A DNA stretch of 64,000 nucleotides, taken from positions 1-64,000 of IMG/VR virus record IMGVR_UViG_3300021067_000001; one strand, 5' to 3'. Below the pieces are notes generated by a model. The model saw nothing but the letters and a program-made list of their open reading frames with translations, ran no database searches and was not told the DNA's origin. This DNA comes from a virus. Each line of letters opens with the position of its first letter. The stretch's first letter is position 1. Both the position numbers and the translations under genes were made by a program. Positions 25,395 through 32,285 of this stretch are shown here, piece by piece.

Positions 25395-25409
25395 GTAAAG
25401 GAAAGCAAA

Positions 25410-25814
25410 ATGCGCAACACCACCATCGCGGACCTGATCCAGGACATCAAGGACATGGACAGCAAGCTCGGCATGGAGCCCCGCCCGGGGCTGAGCAAGC
25501 TGCGCAAGGCGGACCTGCTGGCCGAACTGGAGGACGCCGAGCGGTACCTGGAGCAGCAGCGTAGGCGGCTGGCCCACGTCTTCAACCCCTTCCGGCGACC
25601 GGGTCCGGCCACGGGGCGCATCGTCGAGCGCAAGGCCACCGGACCGACGATCACCGTGGTGGTGCAGGTCGGCGGCAAGCTCGTCTTCGCGGAGGTCATC
25701 GGCACGGTGACTCGACCGTCCGCCGTCAGCAAGAACTTGGTGATGGTCCGCCATCTCACCGACCTCGGCTACCCTCGTGTGACCCTTCACAGTCCAAAGG
25801 AGATCGCTGCATGA
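25410..25814 (+). CDS. hypothetical protein with N-terminal SAP/Rho-N-like helix
   Basis: AAAGGAAAG RBS. LSKLRKADLLAELEDAE motif. High-GC codon usage. Confidence 0.6.
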   Translation: MRNTTIADLIQDIKDMDSKLGMEPRPGLSKLRKADLLAELEDAERYLEQQRRRLAHVFNPFRRPGPATGRIVERKATGPTITVVVQVGGKLVFAEVIGTVTRPSAVSKNLVMVRHLTDLGYPRVTLHSPKEIAA

Positions 25815-26014
25815 CAAACAAATTCTGCCCGCTGAACGAAGTGCCAGATGAGCAGGTTCACATGAACCTGCACCACGGCAGCTGGCCGATCGCTACTGTT
25901 GGCGCCTACACGGGGGAGTTGGTTGTGACCAACTACCGTTGGTGCAGCTGCTCGTCGACTGGCAAGCCCTTCGTGCAAGGGAAGGAAGTGCTAATCTTCC
26001 ACTGGGAAGTCTGA
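25811..26014 (+). CDS. hypothetical protein
   Basis: ATGA coupling; 67 aa. Confidence 0.55.
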   Translation: MTNKFCPLNEVPDEQVHMNLHHGSWPIATVGAYTGELVVTNYRWCSCSSTGKPFVQGKEVLIFHWEV

Positions 26015-26088
26015 TCCAGTTGCGGGGTGCATAGACGGGGCTATGCATCTCCGCTGCTCGTTCAGGATCACATTTGAGAGGAAAGCAC

Positions 26089-26277
26089 ATGGGAAGCAAC
26101 CCCTACCCCAAGGGGACACCGGAGTGGCAGCAATGGATGAACGAGGAGATCGCTCGTCACGACGCCGAGCAGAAGAAGCGTGACGAGGCAATCGACGCGC
26201 AGCTGAAGAAGCAGGCGCAGGAGGCAGCTCGCAAGGCTGCTGAGGAAGAGGCCCGTCGCAAGAAGAACGGCAAGTAA
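26089..26277 (+). CDS. small charged helical protein
   Basis: ATG 26089 with GAGAGGAAAG RBS (the track starts at TTG 26074). K/E/A-rich helix. Confidence 0.55.
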   Translation: MGSNPYPKGTPEWQQWMNEEIARHDAEQKKRDEAIDAQLKKQAQEAARKAAEEEARRKKNGK

Positions 26278-26408
26278 TGGGCAGCAGCGGTAACGGTCAG
26301 GACCCGAGCAGCTACTGCACCACGTGCAAGCAGAGAATCAGGACCACTGACTCTGGCAACGAAGTCGGACACGCTGACTGGTGTGAGTGGAACCCGAAGA
26401 ACTCGTAA
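26277..26408 (+). CDS. 43-aa zinc-ribbon-like protein, paralog 1
   Basis: TAATG coupling. MGSSGNGQDPSSYCTTCKQRIRTTDSGNEVGHADWCEWNPKNS. Shares CxxCKQ.I...D.G.EVGH...C with 31046..31183. Confidence 0.55.
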   Translation: MGSSGNGQDPSSYCTTCKQRIRTTDSGNEVGHADWCEWNPKNS

Positions 26409-26518
26409 TTGAATAGGTAGTCCTGCAACAGCGCGTTCATAGCGCTGCTGGTAAGCGAGCAACGTCGGACCTCGCCAGGACACGCAAGCGGTAAACTTAC
26501 CTCCTGAAAGGGGCCAGG

Positions 26519-26968
26519 ATGACCGAAAGCAAGATTCCGAAGCAGGTGTTGGCTGTTGTGGAGATTTGTGATGCGGATGCGAGCAGCGGCAAGTCACAGT
26601 TCATCGGCAAGCGCGACACGATCCACGGAGAGATGTACATCTTTCAGGATGTGAATCATGGTGATGTCCAGTTCGGCGTGCGAGAGGGTGACTGGACGGT
26701 GTACAGCGGCCTGGACATGCAGCCTCCACCCCGAATCAACGGCATCTACTGGTCCACATATTGGAGCGCTGACGGGGAGCACGAAATCGGCGAAAACTTC
26801 GCTGACGAGACGCAGCGCTCAGTTAAGGCCCTGGAGATGCTTGGCAAGGGCTGGACGGTGGCCTACGGTGATTTCGCCGGGCTGCAGGAGAAGATGATTC
26901 AGGCCGCCAAGAAGCATGACAAGGGTGTCTGGGAACATCTTACCGATGAAAGCATGCCGGGCAAGTAA
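26519..26968 (+). CDS. hypothetical protein
   Basis: 149-aa ORF with an AAAGGGG purine-rich stretch upstream. Confidence 0.6.
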   Translation: MTESKIPKQVLAVVEICDADASSGKSQFIGKRDTIHGEMYIFQDVNHGDVQFGVREGDWTVYSGLDMQPPPRINGIYWSTYWSADGEHEIGENFADETQRSVKALEMLGKGWTVAYGDFAGLQEKMIQAAKKHDKGVWEHLTDESMPGK

Positions 26969-26975
26969 TCTTCAA

Positions 26976-27039
26976 TTGAGTCCGCCAGGAAGGTGGCGCT
27001 CCCCCGCGCGGGAGTCTGGTTCGAATCCAGAGACTCAGC
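26976..27039 (+). ncRNA. tRNA-like element (7-bp acceptor plus canonical T arm; non-canonical other arms; 64 nt)
   Basis: TTGAGTC/GACTCAG acceptor stem and TCTGG-TTCGAAT-CCAGA T arm. The other two arms are CGCCA-GGAAGG-TGGCG and CTCCC-CCGCGC-GGGAG, with 6-nt loops and no linker nucleotides. Confidence 0.4.
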
Positions 27040-27062
27040 AAAACCAAAATAGGAGGAAGAAA

Positions 27063-27458
27063 ATGAAAAGCTTCATGAAGAAATTGGCATTCGTTCTCAT
27101 CGCTGCGACGTTTGCGACAATCGGCGAAAGCTACCCCGATTCGGCAAGCGTGGAGCGGCCGTTGGGCGCGGCAGGGAACGGGCTTCAGCCGGAGCAGCAT
27201 CGGATCTACGATGTGCCGCAGTACGTCAAGGATGCTCGTGAACAGTGCTATCGCAGCGAAGAGAGACGCATCGAGCAGGAGTTTGCGGTTTACATTCCTG
27301 CAGATCCTGCCGTTTACGCTGCCTGGCACAAGCAGGGCGGTCCGGCTGTGGAGGCTTGGGCGCAGGCTACGTTGAGCTGTGTTCAAGAGAACACACAGGT
27401 TGGAGGTATGTGGAACTTGGACGGGCTGATTTTCATCGGCTACGGGCTGATGAGTTAG
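27063..27458 (+). CDS. secreted protein (signal peptide)
   Basis: AGGAGGAAGA RBS. MKSFMKKLAFVLIAATFATIGESY signal-like N-terminus. Confidence 0.6.
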   Translation: MKSFMKKLAFVLIAATFATIGESYPDSASVERPLGAAGNGLQPEQHRIYDVPQYVKDAREQCYRSEERRIEQEFAVYIPADPAVYAAWHKQGGPAVEAWAQATLSCVQENTQVGGMWNLDGLIFIGYGLMS

Positions 27459-27492
27459 GGGATCTGTGAACGGCTTTCGCAATTTTGTTGTC

Positions 27493-27612
27493 ATGGCAAT
27501 TCTTTGCATTCTATTAGTTTTCATTCTGAATGCTGCGGGATGCCAATTCAATCCGGTGCCAGATTGCAATCCTCTGGAAGAGGGCTGCGAATGGCGTCCA
27601 TTCGAAGGGTGA
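27493..27612 (+). CDS. 39-aa putative lipoprotein
   Basis: MAILCILLVFILNAAGCQFNPVPDCNPLEEGCEWRPFEG with lipobox LNAAGC. Alternative GTG start at 27466. Confidence 0.45.
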   Translation: MAILCILLVFILNAAGCQFNPVPDCNPLEEGCEWRPFEG

Positions 27613-27619
27613 CCTTGAA

Positions 27620-27886
27620 ATGAGCAGAATTCGCAAGCAGCGTCGCCCCCGTCGGTCGCGTTTCAGCGACGCGCCGTTCGCTGAGCAGCGAGCCAGCAGT
27701 ATGGCTGGACGGGACGGCCAGAGTCGGCGACAGCGCCGGGAGAGCACGAAGTCGCGAATTCGCAACAAGCGCAAGCATGGCAGTCCGGGCCGCGAGAAGC
27801 GGACGCAGAAGCGGATGCCGCTGGCAGCGGGTCTGTCCGTGTTCAGCCCCATCGATCTGGAGACGGGGAAGCCCGTTCAGGAGTGA
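27620..27886 (+). CDS. extremely Arg-rich basic protein (88 aa)
   Basis: MSRIRKQRRPRRSRFSD...QSRRQRRESTKSRIRNKRKHGSPGREKRTQKR. The ATG lies inside track ORF 27530..27886. Confidence 0.5.
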   Translation: MSRIRKQRRPRRSRFSDAPFAEQRASSMAGRDGQSRRQRRESTKSRIRNKRKHGSPGREKRTQKRMPLAAGLSVFSPIDLETGKPVQE

Positions 27887-27982
27887 CTCGCGAGAGGAGG
27901 TGATCGCTGTGGAATTCGATAACCACTGGCGTGACCGCGATCTTTGCTGATAAACGTCGTCTGTGTCGGGGCAGACGACTAA

Positions 27983-28055
27983 GCCTCATTAGCTCAGTGG
28001 ATAGAGCAGCAGCCTTCTAAGCTGCGAGTCGCTGGTTCGAATCCAGCATGGGGCA
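27983..28055 (+). tRNA. tRNA-Arg (anticodon UCU)
   Basis: Full cloverleaf. Acceptor GCCTCAT/ATGGGGC, D arm GCTC-AGTGGATA-GAGC, anticodon arm GCAGC-CTTCTAA-GCTGC, 5-nt variable loop, T arm GCTGG-TTCGAAT-CCAGC, discriminator A. Confidence 0.85.
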
Positions 28056-28086
28056 CGCCAACAATGGCAGATTTAAGGGAGCCAGC

Positions 28087-28377
28087 ATGGGCAATGATTT
28101 CGGACTCGACAGGAAGCGGCGAACGATTCTCAGCGTGGTAGCTGTGATCGCTCTTGGCGGCACCCTGGGTGCATGTACCAGTTACGCCAAGGGCGAGATC
28201 ATCGAAGTGGAGCAGGACCAGGGTGAAAACGGCGCCGTTTTGGAGCTGGAGGTGGTGCGAGATGCTTACGAGGGCACCGGCGCACCGAACAGCTACGAAG
28301 CGGACATCCCTGATGTGCCGGCGAACAATGGTTGCAAGGTTGGCGCAATTTATCCCGACTGCGTCGGCCAGAGGTAA
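28087..28377 (+). CDS. putative lipoprotein
   Basis: ATG 28087 (the track start 28048 would overlap the tRNA). ...ILSVVAVIALGGTLGACTSY lipobox. Confidence 0.6.
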   Translation: MGNDFGLDRKRRTILSVVAVIALGGTLGACTSYAKGEIIEVEQDQGENGAVLELEVVRDAYEGTGAPNSYEADIPDVPANNGCKVGAIYPDCVGQR

Positions 28378-28382
28378 CATCT

Positions 28383-28414
28383 GAAAGGGGCCGGTTTCAA
28401 CCCCGGCCCCTTTC
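28383..28414 (+). terminator. terminator-like hairpin
   Basis: GAAAGGGGCCGG-tttcaacc-CCGGCCCCTTTC gives a 12-bp perfect stem. Confidence 0.6.
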
Positions 28415-28428
28415 GATTGGAGAATTAG

Positions 28429-28707
28429 ATGGACGAGTTCCACAGCAAGTTTAATCCGACAGAACGCGCACATCGCGCGCAGATGCTGCAGATCATATAT
28501 GCTCTCAGCACGGAGCTGAAAAGCGAGCTGAGACATAAGATAAATTTCTTTGCGCATGCCAAGAAGCTTGGTTGGCTGCCAAAGTCCATTCGCATCAAAA
28601 AGCAGGCCTTGCCGTTTCTTGTTGCAGAGGCAACAGAGGGCTTTGGTTATAAACCTGGAACAACTGTCAAGCAAGCCTTGGCGATTTGCAAGAGGGAGGA
28701 GACGTGA
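28429..28707 (+). CDS. hypothetical protein
   Basis: 92-aa ORF with GGAGAA upstream. Confidence 0.5.
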   Translation: MDEFHSKFNPTERAHRAQMLQIIYALSTELKSELRHKINFFAHAKKLGWLPKSIRIKKQALPFLVAEATEGFGYKPGTTVKQALAICKREET

Positions 28708-28886
28708 TGGGCACGCGTGAGGCATTGCAGATGGCCTTGCAATTTCTGAGCGCAGCTTCTTTGACAACAGGAGCAGATGACGCTGCGCAGACCATCAGGA
28801 TGCTACTGGACCAGCGCGGCTGCGGCGAGATTCCTCCGGGCGACCAGACGCTGACCGACGCCATCGACATGGCGGTTTTCGGCTGA
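28707..28886 (+). CDS. hypothetical protein
   Basis: TGATG coupling with AGGGAGGAG RBS (the track start TTG 28686 is less likely). Confidence 0.5.
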   Translation: MGTREALQMALQFLSAASLTTGADDAAQTIRMLLDQRGCGEIPPGDQTLTDAIDMAVFG

Positions 28887-28896
28887 GGAGAAAAGC

Positions 28897-29163
28897 GTGA
28901 CATCGAATGATGAATCCAGGCAATTAGAAGTTAAGGTTTCTGCACTGGAATTGCAGATTCGCGATTTGCAATCTGCGCTGAAAGCGCAGGAGGATGCCTT
29001 TTGTGATCTGGCAAAAAATCTTGAAAGGATGCAGATAAATTTCGCAAATTTTCTGCAGAGCAATTACACCCCATTCGTGATTGCTTTCAATCAGCATGGG
29101 CATCAAGCACCCACAACGGTTGGGTATATGCCCACTAGCAGACCTATCAAGGTCGATGGCTAG
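28897..29163 (+). CDS. hypothetical coiled-coil protein
   Basis: GTG start with GAGGAGAAAAG RBS; 88 aa. Confidence 0.5.
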   Translation: MTSNDESRQLEVKVSALELQIRDLQSALKAQEDAFCDLAKNLERMQINFANFLQSNYTPFVIAFNQHGHQAPTTVGYMPTSRPIKVDG

Positions 29164-30067
29164 CATCAGATGCGCGCACTGCAAGAATACGCACAATTCC
29201 GTGCAGGAAGTGCGGGAGTGCGCGCAAGGAGTTGTCAGCCGTGCTCGCTGGGACTTATACTGGAAAGCTCACGAGGACATCTGGGGCGAGGATGATCACC
29301 CTGATGACGAACACACGCCCGAACGTCAAGAAGACTTCCAAAATTGGTTGACAAAGGTCCTGTCGAACCCCGATTTCTTTATCGCGCCAGGGGCTACGGA
29401 TGCAGATCGGAGAAAAGCTCATCTCGCCGTCAAGCCAGGCACCCTTCAGTCTCGCATGGAGGAGATGCGCCGCGAGATTGAGGGGCCACTGTTCTGCGGC
29501 CACATCGACAAGGCGGGCGACCTGTGCGCAGAGTCTCTTGAATTGACTGCGGATAACGAGCCCACGCACGAGGACAGATTAATCAACCTGGAACACAATC
29601 CACTTGCGGTCTCGCATGGTCAGCTCGACAGACTCCGCGCGGGGGAGTTTGTGAATGGCGCACAGCTGCAGAAGACGCAAGAGCGTCGGCAGCAGCGTAT
29701 GGAGCCAGTTGCCGAAGGATGGTATAAAGTCGGGGAAACCATCTACAAAGTGCAGCGCGCCGTGCATGGGAGCGGTAATCTGTATGCCAAAGAACTGGTT
29801 GTGGAGCCGCTAGCAAAAGAAGAGTTCACTCCGGCTCAATTTGCTTGGCTTGAGCGTGAACCAGAAAAACTTTTCCATCAGGCCAGGTGGGAATATGTTC
29901 CTGGTGCTATTCGTCAGATTCGTGGTGAACACAAGCTCTCCATTGAGGAGTGTCTGCAGTTCGGGAAACTCTATGGAGTGTGCGTTCGCTGTGCGCGAAC
30001 GTTAACCAAGGAAGAGAGCATTGCGCGAGGCATGGGCGATGTCTGCGCAGGGAAAGGGCTGATATAA
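29156..30067 (+). CDS. hypothetical protein with N-terminal CxxC and C-terminal CxxC...GMGDVC motif (DUF6011-like, from memory)
   Basis: ATGGCTAG overlap start. IRCAHCKNTHNSVQEVREC ... GVCVRCARTLTKEESIARGMGDVCAGK. Confidence 0.6.
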   Translation: MASIRCAHCKNTHNSVQEVRECAQGVVSRARWDLYWKAHEDIWGEDDHPDDEHTPERQEDFQNWLTKVLSNPDFFIAPGATDADRRKAHLAVKPGTLQSRMEEMRREIEGPLFCGHIDKAGDLCAESLELTADNEPTHEDRLINLEHNPLAVSHGQLDRLRAGEFVNGAQLQKTQERRQQRMEPVAEGWYKVGETIYKVQRAVHGSGNLYAKELVVEPLAKEEFTPAQFAWLEREPEKLFHQARWEYVPGAIRQIRGEHKLSIEECLQFGKLYGVCVRCARTLTKEESIARGMGDVCAGKGLI

Positions 30068-30486
30068 TGGGTGGACAGAGAATTTCACCGCAAATCATCG
30101 CGTATTTCCGTGAGCGGCCCAACAGGGTGCTGGCTTTGGATGTTATTGCCCGAGCACTGCGCCTGGAGCAGAAGCAGACGCAGAAGGCTATTCACCGTTT
30201 GGCATCCAGCGTGCAACCGGCTGACGGAATTTTGGCAGTTGTTCAGCGAGGCAAGTCCTGGAAATGGATTCCAACAGAAGTCACAGCAAACAATGCTGAT
30301 ATCATCAAGGACGATGGTATCAAGGTGGAGGTTCAGCATCCGCCGATTGTTCCGGGTCAGGAATTCGATGGCAGTTTTCACATCACCGGTTCATTGGTTG
30401 GGATTGACCAGCGTTTCAAGGGCACGGTTGTGCAGATTACTGGTCCCGGTTTTAGCAACAGACCCTACCTTCTGACGGAGATGTGA
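30067..30486 (+). CDS. hypothetical protein (possible winged-helix DNA binding)
   Basis: TAATG coupling. The N-terminal RVLALDVIARALRLEQKQTQKAIHRLAS is weakly wHTH-like. Confidence 0.45.
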   Translation: MGGQRISPQIIAYFRERPNRVLALDVIARALRLEQKQTQKAIHRLASSVQPADGILAVVQRGKSWKWIPTEVTANNADIIKDDGIKVEVQHPPIVPGQEFDGSFHITGSLVGIDQRFKGTVVQITGPGFSNRPYLLTEM

Positions 30487-30893
30487 TGGCCGGAAACGGA
30501 TTTCCCAGAGTGGATTTAAGTGACCTTGTGGACCTTTGGGCGCTCGGTAACATGGCTCAGCGATGGGCCAGGCAACCGGTGGCTTTGGGGCCGGATGAGT
30601 TCGACCGATTCCAGACTTTGGCGCATCGCTATGGCATGGAACCGGCGGAAGTTCTGATGAAATTCCAGAAGATCGAATTTGGCGACCGATGGGGCAGCGG
30701 GCCACACGAGATGCCAGAGGTTTCCGGGGCCGGAGTCCCCTATCCCTCTCCGCATCCTCGTCACGACGCTGCCGGGATGGAGCAATCGCCTCTTCTCGAC
30801 TACGCTCCTTCGCATCTCGCCCCATCCTCTCCAGAGGATGGATATCCGCCTCCTGACCAGGAGTACTTGGAAAATCTGCACGGGAGGGTTTGA
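30483..30893 (+). CDS. hypothetical protein
   Basis: ATGA coupling; 136 aa. Confidence 0.5.
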   Translation: MMAGNGFPRVDLSDLVDLWALGNMAQRWARQPVALGPDEFDRFQTLAHRYGMEPAEVLMKFQKIEFGDRWGSGPHEMPEVSGAGVPYPSPHPRHDAAGMEQSPLLDYAPSHLAPSSPEDGYPPPDQEYLENLHGRV

Positions 30894-31042
30894 TGGGGAA
30901 GAAGAATTTGGATCAACGTCTGCAGGAAATCGAGGACAAACGGGCCAAGGGCGAAATCACAGCCGCAGAACAGCGTGAGCTGAATGCAATCGCTGTGGAA
31001 AACGCTACACCGCCGCAGCTGCCGCCAAACACGTCAGGGTGA
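30893..31042 (+). CDS. 49-aa hypothetical protein
   Basis: TGATG coupling. MGKKNLDQRLQEIEDKRAKGEITAAEQRELNAIAVENATPPQLPPNTSG. Confidence 0.45.
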   Translation: MGKKNLDQRLQEIEDKRAKGEITAAEQRELNAIAVENATPPQLPPNTSG

Positions 31043-31045
31043 AAT

Positions 31046-31183
31046 ATGGCAAAGAACCCTCCTCCCAAGGACCCAAACACCGGCAATCGTCAGTACACCT
31101 GTCCAATCTGTAAGCAGAAGATTTTGGTGATTCACGATACCGGCAAGGAAGTTGGGCACGATGTTACTTGTCCCAATCTCTAG
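31046..31183 (+). CDS. 45-aa zinc-ribbon-like protein, paralog 2
   Basis: MAKNPPPKDPNTGNRQYTCPICKQKILVIHDTGKEVGHDVTCPNL. Same CxxCKQ.I...D.G.EVGH...C pattern as 26277..26408. Confidence 0.55.
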   Translation: MAKNPPPKDPNTGNRQYTCPICKQKILVIHDTGKEVGHDVTCPNL

Positions 31184-31186
31184 TTT

Positions 31187-31207
31187 CTGCTAGTTGGATC
31201 CTAGCAG
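31187..31207 (+). terminator. hairpin after the zinc-ribbon gene
   Basis: CTGCTAG-ttggatc-CTAGCAG gives a 7-bp stem. There is no U tract, so a terminator function is uncertain. Confidence 0.35.
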
Positions 31208-31212
31208 AATGG

Positions 31213-31301
31213 ATCGCTGTGACCACGGCATGGGGTCAGTTGGTCTGGAGCACCAAGCAGAATGGAGTTTGGTGTGGTTGGTTCGAATCCAACCAGCGAG
31301 C
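31213..31301 (+). tRNA. possible type II tRNA (Ser-like, anticodon GGA) with irregular geometry
   Basis: T arm GTTGG-TTCGAAT-CCAAC. Acceptor ATCGCTG/CAGCGAG with a 1:72 mismatch. D arm GACC...GGTC. Anticodon arm TTGGT-CTGGAGC-ACCAA. 20-nt variable region. Linker lengths are atypical. Confidence 0.4.
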
Positions 31302-31327
31302 GCATTAACACTACTCAGGAGGTAGTC

Positions 31328-31732
31328 ATGAGCAATTTTGAAAACGGTTGGAACATCGAAACTTCCGGGAATCCGAATTGGGATCGGCAATTCGATGCTA
31401 CAGATGCTAGATTGAATGTGCTTCTGCAGCGCGACTTCGAGGTCGTGCGGGATTCACTCAAGAAGCGTGCTGCAGAAGCGTTTGCCAAGGCGCACGAGGA
31501 GTGGACGGCGGAGCAAGAGCAGCTGGCCGGCAAGTACATTTGGATCCGTGCGGAGCAGATTGATGGTCGTACCACGATCTGTGAACAGGGTCACGGGCGC
31601 AAGATCATGCGGTATCGAGTCACCGAGATCCACCCTGCGCGGAGCCGTTTTGACCGCAAGGTTGTGGTAACAGTCGACAAGACAAGGCGCTGGGTTTACG
31701 ATCCCAAGGACCTTGTGATGGTGCTGGCGTGA
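31328..31732 (+). CDS. hypothetical protein
   Basis: ATG 31328 with CAGGAGG RBS (the track start 31262 would overlap the tRNA-like element). Confidence 0.6.
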   Translation: MSNFENGWNIETSGNPNWDRQFDATDARLNVLLQRDFEVVRDSLKKRAAEAFAKAHEEWTAEQEQLAGKYIWIRAEQIDGRTTICEQGHGRKIMRYRVTEIHPARSRFDRKVVVTVDKTRRWVYDPKDLVMVLA

Positions 31733-32211
31733 GCGAAGACGTTACTGTTCTGATTAGAGGCGTGCAGCACCATGGCACGCTTGTGAATGGATTTGTTCAT
31801 TTGGGAAAACGGCGAACTACGTATGGCTACCGTGGCCCTGATGGTAAATCCATTCGCGAAAGAATTTGGGATGAACTTGACGATGTCATGGATCTCATGA
31901 TGGCGTGCGGTGATCCTAATCCTTTGGATTACTCGTTTTTGGGGCATATGAAGGATGACGCGAAGCAATTTGGTAAATGGCAGGGCATCGCGGAAGCGAT
32001 GTGTTATGTCATTTGCATGTTCGAGGACCCAACCCACCCAGATATTGAAAGTGTGAAGGGCGAAGCGGTATTGCGCTGGCGCAGAAGACAGGAAGAAATG
32101 GAGACTTCTTATGGGGAGGCATCACAAAAAACGGTCCTCAGAGGTACGTTATCAAGCGTTCCCGATCGCTTGGGGAATCGGCTTGACGGGGATGCTGCTG
32201 CTTCAGGGTAG
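31729..32211 (+). CDS. hypothetical protein
   Basis: GTGA coupling; 160 aa. Confidence 0.5.
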   Translation: MSEDVTVLIRGVQHHGTLVNGFVHLGKRRTTYGYRGPDGKSIRERIWDELDDVMDLMMACGDPNPLDYSFLGHMKDDAKQFGKWQGIAEAMCYVICMFEDPTHPDIESVKGEAVLRWRRRQEEMETSYGEASQKTVLRGTLSSVPDRLGNRLDGDAAASG

Positions 32212-32285
32212 CGTGCTACCTTTGGGGCTGGCACTGGTCTTTGGATTGATCATTGAGCTTTGGGCGAATCAGGAGGTAAAGCAAG

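Noticed and set aside
24537-25817. Longest minus-strand ORF in the window (426 aa).
   Set aside because: It lies antisense to three RBS-supported, GC3-biased + strand genes. Its translation is Arg/Leu/Gly-rich low-complexity sequence, as expected for a shadow ORF in high-GC DNA, and it has no RBS.
27994-28767. 257-aa minus-strand ORF.
   Set aside because: It runs antisense through the well-formed tRNA-Arg, a lipoprotein gene, a terminator hairpin and another + gene. It has no RBS.
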